64,000 nucleotides of DNA, taken from NCBI GenBank assembly GCA_965603825.1, contig CBFDEM010000030.1, positions 1-64,000 on the forward strand. Reading direction: 5' to 3'. Positions 24,457-34,863 of the stretch are shown here, in pieces. Position 1 is the stretch's first letter. Every line of letters starts with the position of its first letter. The position numbers and the translations under genes were made by a program. The DNA is from Blepharisma stoltei ATCC 30299. Its lineage: Eukaryota > Protista > Ciliophora. The notes under the pieces were generated by a model. The model saw only the letters and a list, made by a program, of their open reading frames with translations, was not told the DNA's origin and made no database searches.

Positions 24457-26733
24457 CTACTCACTCGTTTTCTTTTGTGCTAACAGCTCTACAAGTCTCT
24501 TCAAATTCGCTACTAAATCTCCCTTCACAGGAGCAGGAACCTGCTCTTGCACCTTCTTCTCTTGCACAGGCATCGATACTCCTCTATTATTGTTATAAGA
24601 CGCGTTTACATTTGCAAACGGATCAGCTCTTTGCTGCTTCCATGACTGGGAGTAAACATCTTGTGTCAGGTTCCTGCTGACTAAATTGATAAGGGTAAAT
24701 CCTCCAAACTGTCTCCGATCTCCACATCTAAATACGTGCTCGTCCACTTCTGGGTTGCTTTCAACAACTCCAGGCAGTCTTTGAGAGGAATGAGGCCTCT
24801 TAGGAGGGTTTGTGACGACATAAAGCAAAACGTTTGAGCCAACTGGGACTTGGTATCGCTCAGAGAATTTGGGAGCTGTCCCTGTGTAAATTAAGGTAAA
24901 CTCGGGATGGAGTTTTGGAGTGTACAGCAGTGTGTCACCAAAAGTGTTTCTTAATGTGTCTTGAGCATTCAGTAAGCTCAGCTTAGGCTCTAATGCAGCT
25001 AAAAGTCGTTTCTCATCAATAAATGGCAATAAAACAACTCCTTGCCATGCAAACCTTTTGCCATTTATATCGAATTTAAAGGAGTCTGGGTAAAAGTCAA
25101 TGATTTCTGAGTTGGGATCAAGCAAAAGTGGCCGAATTGGCTCTGGAAGAGCTTTAGCACTGGCAGGGGGCAGAACAGCTAATAGTTGTGCATATGGTTG
25201 AAATGGCGATCCTTGTATGAACTCAATTTTTATCAAATGAGAGTTATATAAATCAGAGGCAAATGGAGCGTAATGGAAGGGATAGTACCACCCCCATGAT
25301 GGGCAGCCATCATAGTAATATTGGAAAACCCAGGAAATTCCTTCCATGTAGCTTTTATGTATTTTCTGTCTAAAACTTTCAAACTCTTCAGGGCTGACCT
25401 CAAATTTCTCTTGATAATACCTCAACCTCCACCCTTCTTCTCCTAGCCTGATATTGTCAACAACAGCATCCTCCTCTTCCATTTCCTCCAATAGCTTTTG
25501 AGCTGCCATGCTATTTTTATCTTCTTCACTAGCGTCCTCAGCTTTCCTTTTCCTTGGCGCATTCTGTTGGTTTCTCTTTTTCATATATTCTTCTCTTTCT
25601 GATTTTTGTTTAAAATACTCATCCTCCACCTTTGCAATTTCTGCAAATAAAATATCGACCCTATAAAGCACAACTTTCCCATTTTCTGTCAAATAGCCCC
25701 CTAGTTTGTAAAAGATTTTGCAATAGAGATAGATAAGCCCATCAATGGCGCCGTCTCGGATCTGCAGAGATGGCAAATGTGGGAGAAAATCGTTCCCCAC
25801 GAAAAAGCACAAGAAAATAAAATCGTCCAAAACCCTTTCAAAATCGTATATAGGGTACCTACAAAGCTCTTGAAATTCATAATAAAGATATTGCCGAAGC
25901 ACAGGAAGTCTTATAAATTGGAACTTTGCAGATGCGATGACAGGCTGCAGGGTATCATTTTCGTCCACCCTCATGCGTGCTGAGCCTTTGCAATCATACT
26001 CAAAATGGCCAGGCTGGCCGCAGATCTTGCAAAACACTTTTCTGTAGTCCATCACATTTTCTCTGATGATGTAAAAGTGAGCTTCATGAGTTACCAAGGA
26101 AAGCATGATCAGATCAGCGTCGGCTCCGTATATGACATGCTTTATATTCGGGTTATGGTCCGGCTGCGCTCTCTGTGTCCTGATAAATTCAAGAATCTTA
26201 TGCTCCCCTTCTCCTGGGTTATTTGAGTCAGAAAAAATGATATTCAGATGTTTCCAATCTCCCTCTAGCTTTCTCATCACGAACCCGTGCAAGGCTTCAG
26301 CCAGTCTTTCCATGAAAGGTGTGCCAGGGGTGATTTCATTTGTGTCAAACTTAAAACCTGAGCTTTCTTTTGCTTCTTCATGATTCGCAGATGACACTTT
26401 TTCTTTTTCGTCTAAAACTTTTCTGAATCTTCTGGCCCTTTGCTGATTCATTTTGGCTCTTGGCGCAACCCCATCAATGGCCATATAAATCAGTTTTTTC
26501 GGTTTGACGAGCCTTGTGAGGTCCTCAATGTACACAAAAATGTTCTGAAAGATGTCAAACTCTGACTCAGGCTGTTTACCTTCAGGATGGCAGCAAGGGT
26601 GAATGATCCCGTTCAAGTCCAAGTACAAACAGTCGAATTGGGGAAGGTCATGGGCTAAGCTGGAGTCGTTAGCGTCCACTACGCATTTAGGGTAGCGGAG
26701 AGTGAGCCATCTAAAGAATGTTGGTACTCCCAT
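24457..26733 (-). CDS. XRN2: 5'-3' exoribonuclease 2 (Rat1/XRN2 family)
   Basis: MGVPTFFRWL, LYLDLNGIIHPC, AIDGVAPRAKMNQQRARRF, PGEGEHKI, GNDFLPHLP and a CCHC knuckle (CKICGQPGHFEYDC) typical of XRN2. Confidence 0.93.
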   Translation of the reverse strand: MGVPTFFRWLTLRYPKCVVDANDSSLAHDLPQFDCLYLDLNGIIHPCCHPEGKQPESEFDIFQNIFVYIEDLTRLVKPKKLIYMAIDGVAPRAKMNQQRARRFRKVLDEKEKVSSANHEEAKESSGFKFDTNEITPGTPFMERLAEALHGFVMRKLEGDWKHLNIIFSDSNNPGEGEHKILEFIRTQRAQPDHNPNIKHVIYGADADLIMLSLVTHEAHFYIIRENVMDYRKVFCKICGQPGHFEYDCKGSARMRVDENDTLQPVIASAKFQFIRLPVLRQYLYYEFQELCRYPIYDFERVLDDFIFLCFFVGNDFLPHLPSLQIRDGAIDGLIYLYCKIFYKLGGYLTENGKVVLYRVDILFAEIAKVEDEYFKQKSEREEYMKKRNQQNAPRKRKAEDASEEDKNSMAAQKLLEEMEEEDAVVDNIRLGEEGWRLRYYQEKFEVSPEEFESFRQKIHKSYMEGISWVFQYYYDGCPSWGWYYPFHYAPFASDLYNSHLIKIEFIQGSPFQPYAQLLAVLPPASAKALPEPIRPLLLDPNSEIIDFYPDSFKFDINGKRFAWQGVVLLPFIDEKRLLAALEPKLSLLNAQDTLRNTFGDTLLYTPKLHPEFTLIYTGTAPKFSERYQVPVGSNVLLYVVTNPPKRPHSSQRLPGVVESNPEVDEHVFRCGDRRQFGGFTLINLVSRNLTQDVYSQSWKQQRADPFANVNASYNNNRGVSMPVQEKKVQEQVPAPVKGDLVANLKRLVELLAQKKTSE

Positions 26734-26763
26734 TTATTTGAATTACCCAGAAACTAAATTAAG

Positions 26764-27534
26764 TTAAGATTCACTGTAGATGTACCCGAAGAAGTACATT
26801 TTGAAAGTAAGACCAAGAACAAGCTGGAGAACTCCTATTAAGCCGAGCACTGAGTATTTCTGTTTGAGCTCAGTGTAGCTTTCCATTTCTTGCTTGAGGT
26901 TCACGACTAAGAATCATGCTGAAGAGACCATAGAATATAGAACAAATACCCACCTCAAGAAACTGACAGGAATAATGCAGAGCATTGCTGAAGGGACGTA
27001 AACCACCAATGAGTAACCATAAAGGCATAGGACTTGCAAGTACTTGATTTGGCTTCCAGAGTATTTCAATAATCCCCATATCAAGAGAGGTGCTAGAAAT
27101 CCGATGAGATAGATAAAAGTGCAGGCTCCAGTGATGAACTCAAGGTTGTTCTTGGTCTCTCCTCCTATGGCTAATGAAAAATTGCTTGCAGAAGCCAGTA
27201 GAACAATGAGCGTTGTATATATCCAAAATGGTCCATATAAATCTGTCCTGTACTCAATTAGTTCAATAAATTTGGAATAAGTCGGATTGAATGCTTTTAA
27301 GACTCGTGTTTTTATGTCCTCGGTGTCAATGTCGAACTGAGGCTTGAGGCAGGATAAGCACTTCCTTATTGGGTCTGAAAGTCGATTTGGAGGACTCAAA
27401 TCTTCTGCTTCTTTGATGTCGTCAATTGATGGTCTCTCCCATGAAGTCATGTTAGTTGCCTTGTTTATATAGTAAACTTTCCCACTCTTGTCTTTAGCTT
27501 CTTCCCAGTTTGGTGGGAGAACGGACTTATCCAT
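26764..27534 (-). CDS. WW-domain + Yip1-domain (YIPF1/2-like) membrane protein
   Basis: N-terminal WW (LPPNWEEAKDKSGKVYYINKATNMTSWERP), Yip1 motifs FDIDTEDI..R, DLYGPFWIYTTLI, LCLYGYSL; read through TGA 26914 to TAA 26764. Confidence 0.85.
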
Positions 27535-27711
27535 TTTAATTATTTAGGAACACTAATGAATATCGTTGACTAGAAGTAATAAAGATCTAATAATTTATTC
27601 ATATAAATATTTTTCTTTTATTTTCATTTATTTCTAAATGAAATGCTCCTTTCCTGCTAAAGCTTAAACACGCATAATTTATCTATATTAATAGCCTCAA
27701 TATCTTACTTA

Positions 27712-30700
27712 TTAGTTGCCCAATTTTTGAAGTATTCTTGTCGCATATTTCATGACCTGTTGATCTTTATGATGCAAGTATCCTTCTATAACTGACCGAA
27801 TATTCAGCCGCTCAAATTCTTCTTTACACTGGGGATAAACACACAAGTTCCCTATTGAAAACAAAGCGACTTGCCTAGGCGACTGCGATTGGGCTTGGTC
27901 GCTTCTGACAACCTCCAATAGCTGCTTTAATGCTCCGTGTCTTATTAAATCCATACACAGCAAATCAGAATTCCTTACAAGGTTTCCCAATGCCCCAGCT
28001 GCATTTGCCCTCGTCTTTTCTTCTTCATCGCTTAATAAATCCACTAGCAAAGGCACGCAAGGTCTTAAGTGCTCATATAATTTCTGATTATGGAACCCTG
28101 CATTTCCAACAGCAAAGCAAGCGAATTTTCTTGTGGTCCTATCTGGGTCCTTGCAGCAGTTTATAGCGCATGCAATAAGCCCATGCTCTAAGATATAATC
28201 ATAGAAGAAGGCTGAGTGCCGGCAAATATTCCCTATCAGGTTGCAAACTTTGCTTCTCACAGTTGATTCTCGATGCTCTATGAGTTTTCTTAAGTCTCCA
28301 TAAATGTTTTCATTGTGAATTAGCTCATAGTTTTCTCGCTGTAGCCTCGCTAGTTGGCTTATGAGAGATAAAATATCGACTAAGAGATGGGTAGGGTTGT
28401 CTTGGGCGAGAAGGTTGTATTGACTTATAATATTCATACCTCCTGCGTTTACAAACTGCTGGGCAAATGGCTTGGAGCCATCTGTATTCACTATCATTTT
28501 CGATAGCAATGAAACTGCGATCCCCAAGTGCTCTCTTGACAGGAATTTCATAATATTTAGCGTTGAAGTTATAATCTCAGAGTCAGCACATTCTTTATTG
28601 AACTGTTCGAGCTCCTTTGCATAGTTTTGCATGGAGTGTGGCAGGTTAAAAATTCTTAAAACCTGAGCAATAATAAGGTTGACTGCACTTGGCCCACCTC
28701 CGCACACAACTGGCCATTCTTGGATGCTGGCAAGCTGGCTTTCTTTCAAATATGATGCTAAAACTTTGATGATGCCGTCATGAATTAGAGTCTGCAAGAG
28801 GACTCTGAACTGCTCATAAATTGCATCATGAATAAAGGTTAAAAGCGAAATCAGTCCTTTAGGGGAAATTTCACATTTGGCATTCAGACCATTGATGAGC
28901 GTCACAATCAGTGCTGGGACTCCAGACTGATTAAGCCCCATAATGAATTCTCTAACATTGTCGTTTGCAATTGATTTCGCGAGCATCCTTTGCAGAAGCA
29001 AAATAATCCCATCAGAAAAGCCCATAAACAAACACCCATACCCTGACCCTTCAATTCTCTTAACTTCCTCTTGTCTGTTATTTCTCGGGGTCAGAATTTC
29101 TACAATTATTGAGAGAGATGCAGGTGTTGACAGTCTCTGCATGATCATATCAACGTGCTTTGGGCTTCCGCTCTGCAGTATCTCTGACAGTAAGCATGCA
29201 GAGCTCATAGCAATTATGTAAGATTCTTGAACCAGGCAATTTTCTTCAAATGACTCTAATAGGTATCCTACATCAACTTCAAGGTCCAAATTTTTCCTCT
29301 TATAAGCTGCGATCTGCTTTAGCATGTGTGTCAAGATCTGCAGAGAAATCGACGCAAGTACTGGATCTGGATTTGAAATCAGCCCATAGAGCAGATTCAT
29401 CGCTCCTTTGTGAGGCAGCACGACGTCGACAGCGTCTCTAGAAATCCTCATCATTTGTAGTAGGACCCTTAAAACTGACAGTTTCGTGACATTACCTTCG
29501 TCGTCTGAGTTAAAGATCTGAACTAAGCACTGGAGTCAGTCAAATTGGTTAAACGCTTTCCACACAACTTGTCTGAGGTTTTCGAAGAAGTGGAAATTTG
29601 CATTGTAGTCGTCAACAAGTTCGTTTCGGCCTCCGCGCTTCCAAGGAAAAGGAATCACATCTCCGCTTGAAGGGTGGATGATAACTTGGATGGCTTGGAT
29701 CGCTGATTTGTGGAGCGAGCTTACACCTTGAGAGATCCCTTGCTTTATGAGCAGACAAATTTCATGCAAAGTGTTGGTTTCTATTATGTCTGTATAGACA
29801 AAAATGCATCTGAGTGGGATTAGTCCTGCTTGGTTTAGGATAATTCCGACTGATTTTACAGTGTTGACTTGTAGCAAAGTCATTGCTTGGTCTATATTAC
29901 AGTTTGAGCCTGGGCCATTTGGGTAGTACAGCAGTTGAGGTACCAGCACAATAAAGCCTTTTACCATATTTGGCTCGATGCCTAATGATTTATTGAAGGT
30001 AGCTCTTGCAATCAGCCCAGCTGCTCTTACAATTTCAGATACCATGTCTGTCAATACTGGCGCAGGCGATCCTTGATCAAGTCTAATGCATCGTTTTATT
30101 AGTCCAATTAGTCCACTAGTCAACGCTGCAGACTTCAAAATGTCTTGGTTTGGGTCTTCAAGCTTAGCTTTGGATACAATCAAAATTATCGCTCTCAAAG
30201 CCGAAATTATATTGTTTTTTCTGTCCTTTGCAGTCCTGAAATCAGCATTCATTTGGAACAGCGACATCACTCTGTCAAGGAACTGTGCATCATGTCTAAG
30301 CCTTGTAGCCCCTGCTTCATCACTAGCCATAGTTTCATATCTTTGCCAGATATCTGATCCTTCTGATACAGATGCAGCTTGCTTTTTAGGGGCTGAGTCA
30401 GATAAAGGGTGCTCAATCCCAGCCCATTTCAGATATTTATTAGTCCTGGACTCTCTGGCTAGTTTTTCTTCGCTGGTTTCCCTTATAAATGGGTGGTTCA
30501 GTAAATCAGGCCACGCAAGTCTTTCTTGGGGAGCTTTATTGAGCAGTCCTTTCAGGAAAGACTTGAAGTCAGGGTTCATGTTGTCAGGGAACTTCACAGG
30601 ATCTTTCACAATCAAATTGATCAAAGTGTATATAGAATTCGTATAAAATGGAGGCTGTCCCACAAACAGCTCATAAATAATGACCCCCAAGCTCCACAAA

Positions 30701-31245
30701 TCTGCTGTGTGGTTATATGGCAGCTCTTGTACAAGCTCTGGAGCCATATATAGCGGAGTACCTTTAATGGAAGTCAAAACTATTGTGTTTGAGCTCATAG
30801 CTCTAGCGAACCCAAAATCACATAGCTTAACTGTCCCGTTCGCAGTAATCAAAATATTCTGTGGCTTCATATCTCTGTGAATAATCCTATTGCTATGTAA
30901 ATAATGTAGCGCAAATACCAGCTGCTGAGCGATTTTTCTTACTTCATTTTCTGGCAGATTTTTATCATCTTCTAAAATTTCAAAAAGCTCTCCTTGTCCA
31001 AACTCAGTAACAACGCAAAACTCGTGAGGAGTTTCAAAGGTATCAAGCATAAGAATGATATTTTCATGATGCAGCCCGCGGAGGATGTCGATTTCTTGCC
31101 GGAGATTTGATAAATCTTTTTCTGTTTTTCCACGCTTGGTAATAAACTTTAAGGCTACGATCTGGCCTGAGAATTTTCTTCGGCCTTTGAAGACCTTGCC
31201 GAATGAGCCTTCTCCGATGGGATGAAGCACGTGATAGTTGTCCAT
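27712..31245 (-). CDS. STK36: Fused/STK36/TIO-type Ser/Thr kinase with C-terminal ARM repeats (1177 aa)
   Basis: [50 protein letters not shown]; C-terminal [31 protein letters not shown]. The two ORF-track fragments are in frame across TGA 29536. Confidence 0.93.
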
Positions 31246-31258
31246 TTAAATCTTATAA

Positions 31259-32471
31259 ATGTGGAGGCTACTTATAAGGAATTTTTCAAGAATTGGACCA
31301 ACTCTGCCCCCTGTGCCTAGGATTGAAGAAGCAAGAGGTTTGAACGAATTTGTGAGAGCAATAGAGTATATAAATGCGAAAAGATACCAGATGGCTGAGA
31401 TCGAGCTGAATCTGTGCTTAGAAATCCTCAAAAATGGAGGGTTATTTGCTGAGCCTGCTTATAATTTCACTTTGAAAAAGCTTGCTTTTGTATATAAGCA
31501 GCAAAATAAAACAAAGCAGTGTGAAAAAGCATTGAAAGACATCGTAAAGCACTATGAATCAAAAGCAGAGACATACCCAGATCTATTTTTGGCAGCACAA
31601 GAAACCTTGGCAATGTATTTACTAGAGGCCGACGTTGGAAGATGCGTTGACCTTTGCAGAGAAGTGTTGGCTAACACCCCTTCTGAATTTTTCCATTATC
31701 TTTTTGGAATATCCCTAGTTCTCAAAGGGGAAGATTTCATCACAGCAAAAGAGCACTTACAAGCACTTGTACTTAACAAAGACCCTCAGCCTGAAGTCTT
31801 ATATAATTTCGCCTATGCCCAACTAGTCCACCCTAGAAAATTCACTAATCCTAATAAATTGAATACTCAAGAAATCAAGGAAAACAGAAATGCAGTCATC
31901 GAGTACGTGCACGCAATTCCTAACTTCAAAAAAGCAATACAATACTTTGAAAATCTCAGTGAGCCCTATGAGCCAAACCCTGACAACCCAGGACTTAAAA
32001 AGAAAGAAAGTGGGCTTGTGCTTACAACTTTGGCAGAAATGGGGTGGGGAGACGGCTTGACATTACAAGTAATTTAGATTTCAGGAAACTGCAGCATGGC
32101 TTAAATGCGCACTAAAATTATACGAAGAAGTCGACAAGACAAAACTAGGAAGAGTGCTTACCTTGACTGGGAGACTGCTGAGAGACCAAAAACAATTCTT
32201 ACATGCAGAAGGGCTGTTGAGCAACGCAATGAGCATTTTAGAAGGAGTAACAATTATATAGAGAGGAGACTGGGACGAAGCGTTAGTCTGTGAAGAGTAT
32301 GGAGGACTGCTTAACAAAATTTCCAAGCGAGAAAACGAAGGCGAGCAACTGATAGCAAAAGCCAAGCTTATTAGAAGCAAACTTCCATTCTGGGCTGAAA
32401 GGGCAGCTCATATGTTTATTCCTAAATGGACCTTAGAGATGCAGCCCTTTACTTCATCCCCTAGTTATTAA
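31259..32471 (+). CDS. Helical/TPR-like protein with a probable mitochondrial presequence
   Basis: MWRLLIRNFSR start; two tiny introns (32069-32084, 32247-32261) remove in-frame stops and give a continuous frame to TAA 32469-32471. Confidence 0.72.
32069..32084 (+). other. 16-nt spliceosomal intron
   Basis: GTAATTTAGATTTCAG; contains the in-frame TAG that ends the ORF-track call, and removal restores the frame. Confidence 0.8.
32247..32261 (+). other. 15-nt spliceosomal intron
   Basis: GTAACAATTATATAG; removes an in-frame TAG. Confidence 0.8.
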
Positions 32472-32510
32472 GCTAAATCTAGCCTATTTTAATAGTAAAA
32501 TCAATTAAAA

Positions 32511-34370
32511 ATGAGTTTCCGCGAAAATTTGCACGACCAATTCGAACTAGTTCACAATCATTGTCTACACAGGCGGAAGGGAGGAGAAGAATTCATTCAG
32601 CTGCTTAAAGAAAGGGCACAGCATGAAGAGTCATATGCAAGAGGTTTGGAGCGATTAGGAAATCATCCATATTTTGTGACCAGCCAAGGCACCTTGTCTC
32701 ACGCTATCTCAGCAATGAAAAATGATAACCTGAATAAGGCCATGCAAGCTAAAATACTAGCAGAAAGCATTACCAATGACTTGGTCGAGCCTTTTAAAGA
32801 ACTTTTAAGAAATCAAGGAAATACCCTTAAAAAAGCAAGTGCAGAAGGGAAAAAACTTGAAAAGGACAAAGCAATGCTAAAGGAAAGAGTTGAAAAATCT
32901 AAAGGGAGGTATGTCAGAGCATGCATGGAATGCGAGCAGCTCACAATTTTGCTTGAGCAGCCAATCCCTCAAGTGAAAAGGGAAAAACTCGTACAAAGAT
33001 TGATTCTGAGCAAGAAAGAAGTAGAAGACAGCATGAAGCAGAACATTGAGGCTGTCAATGCTTATAATTCCTATCAAACCCGTTATTGTGATATGATGGC
33101 TATGATTCTTGAAATTTATCAAAAGCAAGAAGAGCAGAGGTTGGAAGCTATGAAGGACTCTCTGAGGAAACTGGTAGTTTACGAGACTAGCTGCTTAAGG
33201 AATCTACAGTATGATATTGATAATTTGGCTCATTCCATGGAAAGTGTTAATATTCAAGCTGACATCAACCAATTCATTGATGAAAACACTTCAAATAATC
33301 CTAAAATGATCTTATTAGAATTTGAGCCTTACCAAGGAACTCATCCATCATTTAAAGAAGTAAAGCATAATGCACCCATTGTGACGATTCCACATAGCAT
33401 CACCACCAGCGACTCTCAAGCTTTAAATGCTCTACAAGACGTGTACAAGTCCGAAATCAGCAATATTTTACAGAAAACCTGAAACGCGGAGAATCTTTCG
33501 CCAGAAGAGTTCCATCAATTTAGAAATATAATCAAAGATCCTTCTGCAAGACAATGTTTTACTTCTGTTCTCGGCCAGAAAAAGACACAAGGAGATGTCT
33601 CTCTCAGTGAAAAAAGCTTCGAACAGATGGGAGAACTTCTACTAGTAGTCCTCAACGAATGTGCCTTAACCACTGATATAAGAACCTCCAGAAACCTCAT
33701 CCAGCTTTCACAAGTTTTCCGCAAAGCCCAAGGATCACCAAACGCCCCGCTTGAGTATTTGCAAAATCTTATTATTTCGCATTCTATATGAGCAAGTATG
33801 GAGTTCTGGGAAGGAATTATTCAGTCTGCGATTGATGAAGATATACAGAGTCATGAAGTGTACGGTCTTCATGAAAATGAAACTCAGGAATCAATTGAAA
33901 ATCGCATTAAAAATATCGTGTTTTGTCAGCTGGGGGTGTTTGGAAATACTATGCTAACTTTTCAGGTTGACACTATGTATGCAGCTGAGCTGGTGTCGAA
34001 ATATGCGTGCAAGTACCAGTTGAGCTCAGAAGATATGGACACCTTGATGGCAACGATTGATAAAAAATTTTCTGCGAAGACAGATAAAGAAGAAGAGGTC
34101 GTCCAGGAGGTCCAGAGGGGTGTGCCAAAATGGCTACATGAACTGGAAGGGGCAACTGCAACTATGAATAAGAGGATAAAGAAAGATAATAAAGTTAATG
34201 AAGAAAGTAAAACAGAGGAGCATGAAAACCCTGAAGAAACGTACAAACAAGCTGAAAATCCTGAAGAAACAAATAAAACTGAAGAAATAAAAGAAAGTGA
34301 TTCGCTTGAAATAGTTAGGGAGGAGGTAAGCAAAGAGGAGATAGAAAAAGAGGCTGAGCAAGAGCCATAA
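32511..34370 (+). CDS. F-BAR (FCH) domain protein with SBF2-like C-terminal domain and acidic tail
   Basis: SFRENLHDQF..LLKERAQHEESYARGL (FCH), YQKQEEQRLEAMKDSL (F-BAR), HSIW[TGA]ASMEFWE (SBF1/2-like motif); one frame through two TGA codons. Confidence 0.8.
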
Positions 34371-34437
34371 TTAATTTCATTAAATATCGAAGAAATCTGT
34401 TTGGATTTTAATTAATTAGGGTTGTCAAATGAATAAT

Positions 34438-34442
34438 AAAAA
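34438..34442 (-). terminator. Pol III oligo-T terminator of tRNA-Sec
   Basis: TTTTT immediately 3' of the discriminator base on the minus strand. Confidence 0.75.
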
Positions 34443-34529
34443 CGCTCAGAAGGGCGAATCGAACGCCTGAGGCGCTAGCCTCCCTAGGATTTGAAGTCCT
34501 AGCCAGGCACCAGCCCAGATCATCCAAGC
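34443..34529 (-). tRNA. tRNA-Sec (anticodon UCA)
   Basis: Reverse complement GCTTGGATGATCTGGGCTGGTGCCTGGCTAGGACTTCAAATCCTAGGGAGGCTAGCGCCTCAGGCGTTCGATTCGCCCTTCTGAGCG (87 nt). It has a 9-bp acceptor/4-bp T stem, a 6-bp D stem with UGGU loop, a 6-bp anticodon stem, a CUUCAAA loop, a long variable arm GAGGC-TAGC-GCCTC and a G discriminator. Confidence 0.95.
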
Positions 34530-34552
34530 ACTATTTTAAGACGTTCCGCATG

Positions 34553-34559
34553 ATATATA
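34553..34559 (-). promoter_or_regulatory. Putative TATA box about 30 to 24 nt upstream of tRNA-Sec
   Basis: TATATAT at the spacing where eukaryotic tRNA-Sec genes carry an upstream TATA element; the AT-rich background lowers certainty. Confidence 0.5.
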
Positions 34560-34863
34560 CATTGAATTTTTGACTTAAGATAATTAATATACTTTATATT
34601 TACGATTAAGATAAAATTTTATAAATCTACTGCCTTATTTAGAAAGCGAAAAATATTACCTTGTTTTAATGCTATATATAAACCACCACACAAAATACGG
34701 CCATAGACTTAGTAAATATATTAAATAACTATATTTCCTATGAGAATCTTTAGCGATTAATTTTAGTTTTTCTTTCTTTTGTATTAAACTCCAGAGTTAG
34801 TTCCATTGGTTAAAAGCTTTTAATTAAAACTTTTTTATATCAAAAGATTATATAGAATGCAAA

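Noticed and set aside
34443-34529. tRNA-Trp(UCA) explaining the UGA=Trp code
   Set aside because: The 9/4 acceptor/T-stem fold, 6-bp D stem, long variable arm and G discriminator are tRNA-Sec features, not those of a class I tRNA-Trp.
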